From contig OX597817.1 of the NCBI GenBank assembly GCA_951406725.2, positions 67,642,001 to 67,706,000 of the forward strand: DNA of 64,000 nucleotides, written 5' to 3'. Shown piece after piece: positions 52,735 through 64,000 of the stretch. The notes beneath the pieces were generated by a model that was not told the origin of the DNA, searched no databases, and worked only from the letters and a program-made list of their open reading frames with translations. The translations under genes and the position numbers were made by a program. Every line of letters starts with the position of its first letter. The stretch's first letter is position 1. The stretch is from Octopus vulgaris (taxonomy: Eukaryota).

Positions 52735-54365
52735 ATGCCTGTGTGAATGTGTACTTCCCAACCACATGGTTCCAGGTTCAGTCCCATTGTGTGGGACCTT
52801 GAACAAGTGTCTGCTACTATATAGCCCTGGGCCCACCAAAGCCCAGTGTGTGAATTTGGTCGGTGGAAACTGTAAGAAACCCATCAAGAGTGTGTCTGTG
52901 TTTGTGTCCCTGAGCCCATAACTTAGCATTTCAGGAACAGAGACTAATAAAATTAGCACCAGGTTTAAAAATAATGAGTACTGGGGTTGATTTGTTTTAC
53001 TAAAATCCTTCAAGGTGGGGCCCCAGAATGACCACAGTCCATTGGCTGAAATTTAAAAAAAAAAAAAAAAGATATAGTAAAAGACTTGCCTGAAGTGCTG
53101 CAAAGTGGTTTAAGGTTCAATCCTTTGACCTGAATATCTTCTTTAGCCCAGAGGCAAGCAAAGCCTTGAGAGCATATTTGATAGATAGGATCTGAAAGAA
53201 ACCATTGTGTGCATGATTACAGATAGTTGCACAAAGATTGAAGCTGGAATATATGCACACCAATATACATTTGAAAACTCATTGTATACATGTATACAAA
53301 ATATGTGCACAAGCATGGTTGCAAGGTTAGGAATTTGACTTTGTGACTATATAGTTTCCAGTTCAGTTCCATTGTGTGTTACTTTCAGCAAGTATTTTCT
53401 ACTTTAGCCTTGGCTCAACCAGTGCCTTGTGATACAAGGGAATCTGTACAGAAGCATGCCGTGTGTGTGTTTTTATGTCCTGTAGCCTAGTGATTCAACA
53501 AGTAAAATACGCCAAGTTTGCTTCACAATCATATGGTTTTGAGTTCATCCCTACTGCATGGCACCTTGAGCAAGTATCCTCTACCATATCTCCAAGCCAA
53601 CCAAAGCTTTTTCAGTGGATATGGTAGACAGATACTGAAAGAAGCCTGTCATATATATGTACATGTGTTGTGTGTATTTATGTGTTTGTCCCCTACGACC
53701 CCTTGTCAACCTGTAACTTAGCAGTTCAGCATAGGAGATCAATAGAATAAGCACCAACCTTTAAAAAAATGTTTAAAATAAATACTGGAATAAGTACTCG
53801 AAAAGATTTGTTTGACTAAACCTTTCAAGGTAGTGCCCCAGCATGGCTGCCATCCAGTGATTGAAACAAGTGAAAGATAAGGGCTGGAGGTTGTTGGTTT
53901 GACTGATTAAACTCTTGAAGGTGGATCCCCAGCCTGGCCATAGCCTAATGAATAATAACCAGTAAAATGAGTATGCCTATCTTTTACTTTTTACTTGTGT
54001 CAGTCATTAGACTGTGGCTATGTTGGGGCACCACTTTGAACAATTTATTTTTAGCTGAATGAATCGACCCCCATACTTATTTTCCTGTTAAGCCTGGTAC
54101 TTATTCTATATATCTCTTTTATCAAACCCCTAAGTTACGGAGACGTAAACACACCAACACTGGTTGTCAAGCAGTGCTGGGAGACAAAAACAAACTCAAA
54201 GACACACACACACAGTCTACCAAATCCACTCACAAGCCTTTGGTTGGCCAAGGCTATATAGTAAAAGACACTTGCTCAAGGTGCCATGCAGTGGGACTGA
54301 ACCCAGGACTATTTGGTTGGGAAGCAAGCTTCTTGCCACACAGCAATCATGCCTACACCTATGTG
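52735..54365. mobile_element. Array of SINE family A copies: + at ~52735-53060, 53300-53480 and 53515-53880; - at ~53980-54365
   Basis: Each matches 50841-51220. Confidence 0.8.
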
Positions 54366-54749
54366 TATGTTGTGTGTGTTTTTGCCCAATGTATCCAAAT
54401 AGAGAAAGAGAGGCAGACAGTGAGATTGTCCTCAAATTATTTATCCTAGTATTACTTCTAACTTCATTCTTTCAGAAATTCCAAGTTATTGGAAACTTAA
54501 ATGCCAAAGTTTGTTTCAATGCAGTCACGCTGCTGCTGCTGTTGTTGTTGTTGTTATTGTCGATGGGAGTTGAAGGTAAGGTGGGGTTTCAGTCTACATT
54601 ATGTGTGACAGTTAATTTTCTGGCTAAACTTGTTGTTTCTCTTCTGGTATGAATAGGTTACAAAAGACCCATAACTGTGGTTTGTGTGTGTGTCAGGTAG
54701 GGGGAAAGTTTTCTTTTTTGTTGTCTTTAGTTTGCCTGTACATTTATAT

Positions 54750-54783
54750 GAGTGTGTGTGTGTATATGTATACATACATACAA

Positions 54784-54853
<70 letters not shown>

Positions 54854-54908
54854 ATATGTATATTTATATATGTATATGTGTATATATATATATATATGTA
54901 TATATCTG

Positions 54909-54997
<89 letters not shown>

Positions 54998-55001
54998 ATA
55001 T
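54750..55001. repeat. Long compound (TA)n/(TG)n microsatellite
   Basis: Directly visible. Confidence 0.95.
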
Positions 55002-55232
55002 GTCTGCTGCCTCTAGTCTGGAATAAATGAACTGTCAGTGCCTCTGTTGACCTACTTCCTATCTCATAGTCCTGTATACATATCCTACTACCATCTCACT
55101 AACCAACTACCAATGCTACCTACCTACCTACCACCACCATCACCACCACTTGTCCCAGCTTTCTGATTGCAATAATTTTTCTAAGCTTACCTACAACACA
55201 TATACATACATACATGTGTGTGTGTGTGTATG

Positions 55233-55263
<31 letters not shown>

Positions 55264-57906
55264 CAAACAAAGTATACTTTTAATAAATTAATCATACTAA
55301 ACTACCACATAATTTCTGATCTAGGCATATTGGTGGGGAGGGGGCATGTTAGTGTATGTGTGTGTGTTATCTAGTAAAAAAAAAACATGTTCTCACCCTC
55401 CAATTTTTTTTCTTTCCCCTCTGTTTAGTAAATCATCTCTCCTTTTGCAATCTTATCCCCTTTTCTGCCCCATTCGCCCATAGCTATTCATTCCAGGTGT
55501 GGGTGGTAATGTTGGCAGTGTTTTACTACAACTATGGCATCTTCCCATCTCCTTTGTCTTTGAGTTCCACAGGACTTGACACCCTCCTCCTCTAGCTTAA
55601 GGAATCCTTTAGCTTATTACCTAAACCATCTGCCCTTAAACTCAGCATGATAGGAACCACATGCTTTTCTCCTCCCCATCATGTTCCTTCTGGGATGGTT
55701 TTTTTTTCTCTGCTTTTAATTTATTTTATTTTGTTCCTATTGTGTGTGTGTGTGTGTGTGTGTATGTGCACATTGGTGATGGGGAAGGGGAAGCTGAAGA
55801 GCCCTTTTCTTTCAAGACAGACCTTTTATTATCTTGAGGATATCAATTCTTATACTTCTTATCATGGACAGAGGCAACTTTAACCCTCTTTTGCTCTTCA
55901 TCATATCTTAATCTTTCCTTTTTCTTCATATGTATGTTCTACATAGGCTTAATATAAACACAAACATATGTATCATATATAATATAGATATACTTTAAAA
56001 CTATGAATATAATTGGAAGATACAGCAAATTTCAATTGGGCTTATTAAGCAGGATATTGGTGTAATATTTTAACTAATTAGTCTTCTAAATTAATATGGT
56101 TTTCTTGTTGAAAACAGTTTCCTAATCTTAAACACCTTAATGTTTCAATGCAAAAAAGGATAGCAGCCTAGGAGGAGCCCTTTATTGAGATGCTCAAATC
56201 ATACCCTACCATTTTTTTAGAAAAGAAGGCCCATATTGGAAAGATATATATATATTGTTCCAGGCATGGTGGTGTGGCTGCATATGGCTTGAAATGGGTT
56301 TGTGTGTGTAATTTTAATGACCACTTTTCCATTTTCTGTGCTTGTATGGAGCAAACGGAGTTGGATGTCCTTCCTGTCACCAACCATTACCGGTTTCCAA
56401 GCAAAGTAATGTTTCCCTATTGTTTAGGTATGTTTTCTTGGAATATTGGAAATAAATGACACAGTTTGTATAACACATACAATGTCATGACAAGGGATAC
56501 ACACACATGTTAGGCTCTTCCAGTTTCCATCTACCAAATCCATTCACAAGGCTTTGGTCAGCTTATATAAATTAGTTTTGCAAGTGCATCACTCCAGCAC
56601 TTTGGCAAGTTGCTTCCGTCATAACCTTGGGTTAGCTAAAAGCTTTATATTTGGTAAGTTAGATACACACACACACACATACTGAAGTGTGGGTGGCCAA
56701 AATTCATGGAGCTTCTAACAAGATATTTTGTGAAATCCTTATTTGGTTGAACTATATTAATTTTCGTTTCTAATTTAGACACAAGGTCAGATATAATCAG
56801 AGTTTCTTTAACAAGCATCCTTGGCTCTGGTACTGTTAATATGACAGGAGACTCGAGGGTAGACCATGAGCAAGATGGTTGGATAACATCCATGAGCTTG
56901 GTTGGTTTTGCATAGGGATCTAGCCAGATCAAATGGAGGCAGTTGTTGCTTTTAACTGGATCCAATGGAAGGTGTGCTTGAGGACTCGGCGTTCACGACC
57001 CTCCCAGAGATAAGAAAGGAAAGGAGTTAGTAAATTATTACTTCATTGGTACTTTATTTTCTTCACCTGAGAAGGATGGAAGGCAAAGTTACTTTGGTAC
57101 CATTAGAAATCAGAAGTATTGGAGTCAAAGAAAACCATTTGACAGTTTTTCAGATGAGCTACTACATGTTCTACCAACAAAATGAGCTGAAAGCAAGGAT
57201 TATAACAGCAGGAGACCATCCAAAAGAGCTGCAAGTGATTCTGAAGTCGTCTGGAGACTGTTGTTGAAGCCAATGGCGATTTTATTGAATAAATTTATTC
57301 TTTAGTATTTCAAGATATTTTTATGTAATTTTAGTAAATATATCTGTTAACATGTGATGTGGGTGTCATTTTCATTTTTGCGTAATTTAGACACCAATTT
57401 GTTCACTGTACCCCATATATGTATGTATATACATGTATATGTGGTGCTCTCTCCACTAGTTCTAATTCAGTGGTTAGCTGAAGGAGAGGCATCCAGCTGT
57501 AAAAGCTATTGCATCAACAAAGAAAGCATTTTGTTTTGCCAAAAACACTAGGAAAACGATGTAAAAGAGTAAATAAAAATATTCCAAGCAAGTAATATAT
57601 GCGTATGTGAGTGTGTATACACCCTGACTCACAGACATGCATGCACACATGCACACAGACAATATTTACATAAATATTACGAGTAATTTTTTTATGTATA
57701 TTTGTTTGTGTGTGCCCGTGTATATATTTGTATATGCATACGTGCATGTGTGTGCCTGCACAAATATACTATATACATGTAAAGAGCATCTCTTAGAGTC
57801 ACAAAATTGCAAATCACTTCATTTATATTATCTTTTTTTCTCAAATTAATTTTGTTACATTTTTATAACATTTAAAAAATTAAAAGTTTCTTTTACAGAC
57901 CTTTAA

Positions 57907-58121
57907 CCCTTTTGTTACCAACCCGACTGAAACCGGCCCTGGCTCTGTGTACTGATGTCTTGTTTTCATAAGTTTTGAATTAAAATCTTCCACCAAACCT
58001 TAGTCACAATTTATGCTCCTAACACTAGCTGAATGATAACTAAGTTATTTTACTAAATTCTTTATTATAATTAATTGAAAGAAACACAGAGCATCTCAAA
58101 ATAAATACAGTAACAAAAGGG
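57907..58121. mobile_element. TTAA-flanked piggyBac-like MITE (family 1), intact copy
   Basis: TTAA|CCCTTTTGTTAC ... GTAACAAAAGGG|TTAA: a perfect 12-bp TIR plus TSD. Diverged relatives lie at about 5075-5180, 12500-12705, 22790-22930, 28020-28170, 33160-33350 and 36050-36265. Confidence 0.9.
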
Positions 58122-58794
58122 TTAAAGATACATATATTGTTTTAAGATCCTGTATTGTCTTGTGACTATGTGATGTGCAAAAAATGAGAAAGAAATTGAG
58201 AGTTGTCCTGCAATGCTTTTTGATATTATAGTTTAATGAAGTTTTAAGACTTCTTTTGTGTGTGTGTGTGTGTGTGTGCAATTATGTGCTAACTTTGTGT
58301 ATGAGGCTACTTTTTTTTTTTTTTTTACTGTGACGTGGGACAAGAATGAATGAGAAAAACTGCTCTAAATCAACAATCCACAAAGAAACACACACACACT
58401 CTTCCTAAATATCAATATTAAATGTGTTTACAGCAAACGATGCATGCAACTAAAGAAATATGTAATTCTATAAAATATATATACATACCCCATACGAGCA
58501 CACATATGCATATCTTTATATCATCGTCATTTACCATCCAATTTTCCATGCTTATATGAATCAGATGGAATTTGTTAAGTCAGATTTTCTTCAGCCTGGG
58601 GTCCTTCATGACGCCAACCTTCGCTATTTCTAAGCAAGGTAATATTTCTCATGGCCAGACATGTCTTTCACAGAAGACTGGAAAAGAACAACATCTCTTG
58701 TACAGCAGTAGTGATGGTTGTTTACAACATGGTATCAAGACAAGGATATATATATATACACATGCATGTGTTATGTAAATGTGTGTGTGTGTAT

Positions 58795-58958
58795 TGACAG
58801 GCTTCTTTTAGTATTTGTATACTTATTCCATTCACAAGGCTTTGGCTAGCCCAGGGCTATGGTTGAAAACAGTTGCCCAAGGTGTGCACTGGGATTGAGC
58901 TCAAGACCACATAGTTGAGAAGCAAGCTTCTGAACCACTTAACTACACCTGCACCTAT
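58795..58958 (-). mobile_element. SINE family A 5' half
   Basis: Reverse complement match to 50841-51000. Confidence 0.8.
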
Positions 58959-59114
58959 TATATATAATATATATATATTTATATTTATATATATATATGC
59001 CATAGGCTTTAGGCTTGTATAGGAGTGCCATTGTTGTTATTTGCATGATTGTGTAATGCGGCGTCGTGTGGCGGAACCATTTGCACCGAGGGCATGTATA
59101 TATGTGTGTGTATG

Positions 59115-59156
<42 letters not shown>

Positions 59157-59179
59157 TATCCATTTATATATATATATAT

Positions 59180-59355
59180 CTGGCACGTAAAAAGCACTTA
59201 TAGAATGGTTGCCGTTAGGAAGGGCATCCAGCTATAGAAACACTGCCAGGTCAGACTGGAGCCTGGTGCAGCCTCCTGGCTTCCCAGACCCTGGTTGAAC
59301 CGTCCAACCCATGCTAGCCTGGAAAACAAACTTTAAATGATGATGATGATGATGA
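59180..59355 (+). mobile_element. SINE family C copy
   Basis: Matches 33560-33788; (GAT)n tail. Confidence 0.85.
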
Positions 59356-61993
59356 TATATATTTATCTGCACAGTAATTTTGGAGGGAGTGGCTAATCTA
59401 GTAGAGAATTGGTAAAAGGTTCACTACAATCAAGCATGCATCTTGCAGAATTAGCATTCTAGTTGTTAATTTAAGATATAAAGAAGTTATGTCCTTTTTA
59501 ACCACATTCTTTAATAAACATCATCAACATTGACTCTCACTAAGTAAGCTTGATATCTCTTAAATATATTGTAGCAAACACATATATCAGGGAATAATGA
59601 AATATGTTTTAGCCGTTAAACAATTAGCTATTGCTCTTCTAATCAGTTGTTCTCTAGCTTAAGTTTAGATAAGGCAAGCCAGGAAACTAGCAAACGTGAG
59701 TACTCAAATAAATACTATAAGGGCACATTAATGATAAGCGTGATATGGCCCCCAAAGTGTTCCAAAGTGCTCCAGAGTGTTCCAAACTGTTGACTCTCAC
59801 ATGATTGCTTTATCTTTACTTTTAGCAATAGGAATGTCATGCTGGTGTAAAAAAAAATGCAAAAGAATTCAACTTAGATTAGGTAGGAACTAATATAAAT
59901 TAATGTGTGTGGGTGGGTATATGCATACATATACTTATATATACATACATATATATGTATGCATAAACATATATTATATACAGTACATTGTATGATGATG
60001 TAGATGATCATACGTACATTTGTATGTATATATGAATCTTAAGGAGAGGATCCTCGGATGAATTGACAAGCTACCTTGAGACATTTATTTACACCCATAT
60101 ATATTAGCCTATGATCAAGGCAGAAATTTAATTGAGTAGCTCTATGATCATATGCATTCTAGCTATAGCTATGACCATCCCATCTTGTTTCAAGCTGTTT
60201 TTATTTTATGACTACATTATCCAATGTGCTCCTTTCTCCTTTTTTTTTTTAAGATGGCAGGATATAAATTTAAAGGAAATTTAGTTGCAATCCTTGGTGA
60301 GTTGAGTGATAACATAGAAGCTACCTTGTTGCCCTGTATTGGTGCTACTTTATCCATCCTGGTGTGTGGATAAAAGCAATGTAGCCAAGTGAATATGGAA
60401 CTGGATAGTTAAGACATAGGTCCATGAGTTCAGACCAGCTGGTTGCATTTCTTTGTCTTGAAGTCACACATTTTATATTGTTACCTCAGTTTACCAACTC
60501 TTTTGATCTACTACTGTGTCATTCAGCCCAGGCCTTGGTTCTTATTACAGGCTATGAGTATTGCCTGATATTCAGAACAGTTTGTTTAAATATGTATGAC
60601 ACAAGTTTTCCATTAGTTGAATCTTCCAGACAAGGAAATATCTCACCTCTGTCTCACTTCTGTGTGTGTGTTTGTGTGTGTACATATGCATATAGAATAT
60701 GAGGGGTTTTCAGGTTCCTAGTTTGTGGCTGAGGCTGGAGCTAGGGATCCATAGTAGGCTTCCAAGTTAGCAGGTATATATTGAGGAAAAGGACTACAAA
60801 ACCAAAGCAGAATGAATATTAAATTCTCTAAATGATATGAGATACTTCTGTTGCCTCGGTTTTGTTGTCCTTTTCCCTCTAACATGTGTGTGTGTGTGTA
60901 GTTGTTGCTGTTTGATCTCAGATAAACACGGTTTAGAGAAAGCTATGGTCATACGCATTCCAGCCAAAACTATTCTGTCGTCTTTTTGTCCTTCCAACAG
61001 TTGTCAGGAACAACATTATCCATTTTTGGCTTCACCTTTTTTTAAGACATAGGATATGATTTCAAGGAGAGTTTTCTTCCATTTTTTTTTTTAAACATAG
61101 GTGATTTAACTGGTATTTCTACTAGGTTATAATTGAGCAACTTCCTAGAGGCTTTCTCCTACATGTGTGCATGTGTCTTTATCTATCCATTTATTATTGT
61201 TATTATGATGACCAGCAAAAATGTATTTTTGCCATAATTATATCCTGAGAGAGTGTCATGCTTCAGTAGACTTTACCTTTCATTTTCTGAGATTAATGAA
61301 GTACCAGCCAGATAATTGAGTCCCTGTAATTTTCTCTTCCATTCTCAAGACCTTGCGCTTACATAAAAGCAGTTGTTACTGATGTTGTCATCATCATCAG
61401 GGTAGTGGACTGTCAAAACCCTTAGAAGTTTATGCCTTGCAGTATTTCTATCAATTCTTATGCTTTGAACTGTAATCTCACCAAAGTCAACTTTGCCCTT
61501 CTTTTGAAGTTGATTAAGTAATCCTATTAATTTATTCCACTAATCCCTCCTTAGTGTATATCAGTTGTCAGCAGCTCCCATTGAAATTGAATTCACCTTG
61601 CTACTTTTTCCTGTGCTTTCCTTAATCTTCCTATTTCATTGGTACCCTTAACCTAAAGCATATGGTGTGTTTTCATCTAGTAGCCATCTGCACCTTGAGT
61701 CCATACCAGTGCAAACATCATCCCTGCATATATTTGTCGATTCCTGCACTACTCTTCCAAGCTGGTTAACAATACCAATACTCATTGACCAGGGGTGATA
61801 AAAACCATCGCTCAAGTGCTGGGTTCAGTTTAATCAACCCCTGATCTGTGCTTGTGCTAGTGTACAAGGGAGTTAGAATCCATGAAATGAACCATAGTAA
61901 GGTGACACAGTGTTTGGCTTACACTGCCTTCACAATAATATCTATCTGTAGTTACTATTCTATATTACTACCACTAAAACATACATTCACACA

Positions 61994-61994
<1 letters not shown>

Positions 61995-62050
<56 letters not shown>
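61995..62050. repeat. (CT)n microsatellite
   Basis: Directly visible. Confidence 0.95.
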
Positions 62051-62052
<2 letters not shown>

Positions 62053-62395
62053 TAAAACAGACCCCATTTAAAGGGGAGAATGTAAAAAAAAAATACATCT
62101 ACTTGATAATGCTCACCTCATTTCTTAGATTGTTATCAAAGGTTTCCTGCGGTGTGTCAGTGTCAAGTCAACCTAGCACAGTCCCATCCATGCCTTTTCA
62201 GGCTATTAACTGCAGCCAAAAATTACAGCTATGGCAAGCAAGTAAATGAAGTAAATTGCCTAAACTGAGAATCAAAACTGCATCGTTTCTTTGGTATAAA
62301 AAATAATAACAATATCTCAATAGGAAATGAATAAGAAAATAATTCTATGTTGAAATTTCGCTGGAAGCATAGAGTGATTTGGTCCTTAAAAAAAA

Positions 62396-62435
<40 letters not shown>

Positions 62436-62892
62436 TGGGGTGGAGAGCAGAAGAAATCCTGCTTAAAAAGGCTGACTTTAATTTGAACTCTTTGTAGATA
62501 CATTGCTCTTAGTAAAAAAACAAAAACAGAAAAGTAGCCAACTCTCTTAAGTCTTTCTGCTGATATAATGATAGCTTTTATTTATTTTATACTTCATGCT
62601 TGAAAGATAAGGTTGTAAACTTCATGGGAGGTCTCAAAAGATATCTTGAGACCTTTGTGTTTTCTAAACTTTATCTAATATAGTAAAAGAAGCTATTCAT
62701 TAAAGTGAAAATATATAAAATAAAATACAAAGTCTTAGGAGCCTTTGTAAAGCCCAAAGTATTTTTCCATTAATTTACTCTTGCCATTTTTGTTCCCCCT
62801 ATTTACTTTGTGTTGTATTTTAATAATTTTCTTTCTGCTTGAGCAACTGTGTAGATATGTGTGTGTATAGGTCATTCTGATAAGGTAGTTAT

Positions 62893-62906
62893 CCGCCCCT
62901 GATTGG
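62893..62906 (+). promoter_or_regulatory. GC-box (CCGCCC) plus inverted CCAAT box (ATTGG) upstream of the THAP ORF
   Basis: ccgcccctgattgg lies about 70 bp before ATG 62974; motif match only. Confidence 0.35.
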
Positions 62907-62973
62907 AACTCTCCCGTTTGTGACTTGCTTCTACTTTCGCAGATTACCGACTCATGCTGTATGACTGGTTTAT

Positions 62974-63225
62974 ATGATGTCTCCAAAGAAATCACGCAAA
63001 TACCATTGTATATGCAGCAATTATAGAGGGAAAAATGATGTAGCCGGCAAAGCTATTTCAATTCATAGATACCCTGCAAATGTCGTTATTCATTGTATTT
63101 GGCTTCAGAGATCGAAACTTGGGAGAAAAGACTTTATTTACACTGCAAGTAGCCAGATTTGCTCCCAGTATTTCACCAATTCGAATGGACCATCAACAGA
63201 TCACCCCTTGCCATTCGTTTATTAG
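62974..63225 (+). pseudogene. Degenerate THAP zinc-finger domain (transposase N-terminus)
   Basis: HCICSN...ISIHRYP...W...RKDF...SQICSQYF...P matches the THAP pattern (CxxC, FHxFP, W, CSxHF). The final His reads Tyr and no DDE domain follows. Confidence 0.8.
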
Positions 63226-63406
63226 ATAAACTTCAGAGATATGTTTATGTGACTGTGCATTTGTATTCGATAAATATAATAGGGATAAAAAAATATTCAA
63301 AATTAAGTCTCATTTATTTATTATTTATTGTTTTAATTCCACATTTATTTGCTTACATCCATAAAAAAAATACAATTTATTATACAAGGGAAAACTGTCA
63401 AAGTAA

Positions 63407-64000
63407 TTAAACAGGCTCTTTCCTTGCAGTGCAGTTGCAATCAGCTGAATGCACATTGCCAGTGACCTTTGACACTCTGTGATCAAGATTGTTCTTTTTG
63501 TTAGATGTTGGTATCGACGGGGTTACCAGACACCGGACAATGTAGTGAGAGTAGTTTTCAGTAACATCATGATATTTAATGTTGTGGATGTGTCTATCAT
63601 GGTAAAATATGCTACTCCTTAACTGTCGCTTTGCCTTCATCAGTAGCACAAGGCAGTTGTAAATGTTATTATCTGTAAAATTCGGCAACTTATGAAGATC
63701 TTTAGTCCAATCTGATTTCAGTGCATTAGGATCAGGTAAAGCTTCACCGAGAGGAGATACAAATTTCTGCTTTTTCCAGTCTGAAGTACACTTCTCGTTT
63801 GTTGATTTTTAATTCATTGACGTTCATTTAATACATTATCGAATGAATTTTAATACCTTTTAACCTTTCAACCATATCTGCCTTTTTTCCAGTAACATAC
63901 TGTCCATGTAATCGCAAATAATTCTTTAACTCAAGCCGCTTAATATTCATGATATGGCGTGGGTAGTCCATGGAAATAGAATTGTCTGCATGGAGAGCCA
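63407..64000 (-). pseudogene. SAP-domain + SWIM-type zinc-finger protein remnant (likely N-terminal part of a transposon second ORF)
   Basis: Frame 1 reads ..SMDYPRHIMNIKRLELKNYLRLHGQYVTGKKADMVERLKG (SAP core 63929-63861), with a stop at 63830-63828 and a frameshift in the A-run near 63808. Frame 2 reads LPDPNALKSDWTKDLHKLPNFTDNNIYNCLV...VTPS...TGNVHSADCNCTA and is truncated after the CxC half of a SWIM-like motif. Confidence 0.75.

Larger units (their letters stand above)
62869..64000. mobile_element. Decayed, internally deleted two-gene DNA transposon, probably ISL2EU-like (PIF/Harbinger-related); runs off the window
   Basis: Convergent THAP (+) and SAP-SWIM-type (-) ORF remnants. Candidate left end AT|AGGTCATTC at 62869, where composition shifts to more CpG. 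The right TIR is not in the window. Confidence 0.65.

Noticed and set aside
54164-55030. Longest ORFs in the track (162, 125, 110 aa)
   Set aside because: They are read-throughs of a SINE and of (TA)n/(TG)n/(TTG)n microsatellites.
56645-57270. 106-aa and 73-aa ORFs in a higher-GC block
   Set aside because: No recognisable domain or splice signals; probably an old repeat remnant that I cannot classify.
61790-61843. Tiny element with caggggtgataaaaac / gtttaatcaacccctg inverted ends
   Set aside because: Too short and imperfect, with no TSD or second copy to support a transposon call.

Overview
Eukaryotic, very AT-rich genomic DNA with no sign of prokaryotic or viral content. It is dominated by (TA)n/(TG)n/(ATT)n/(GAT)n microsatellites and several high-copy SINE and MITE families; these resemble repeats I recognise from octopus (coleoid cephalopod) genomes, which is an inference and not a database result. 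Most of the window looks like the inside of one or more very long introns. One convincing + strand host exon (40275-40436, phase 0/0) is present, but I cannot name the gene. Almost all ORFs in the supplied track are microsatellite or repeat artefacts. Real protein-coding relics are transposon-derived: a pogo/Tigger-type HTH fragment (~4.7-4.9 kb), an RTE-clade LINE C-terminus (~19 kb), and, at the right edge, a decayed two-gene DNA transposon with a THAP-domain ORF (+) converging on a SAP + SWIM-type ORF (-), an architecture typical of ISL2EU (PIF/Harbinger-related) elements. The window also holds a non-autonomous Helitron, piggyBac-like, mariner-like and hAT-like MITEs, many inverted repeats and hairpins, and three degenerate hammerhead-ribozyme-like motifs. 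I found no evidence for an intact new multi-gene system. Repeat boundaries were read by eye and are approximate.
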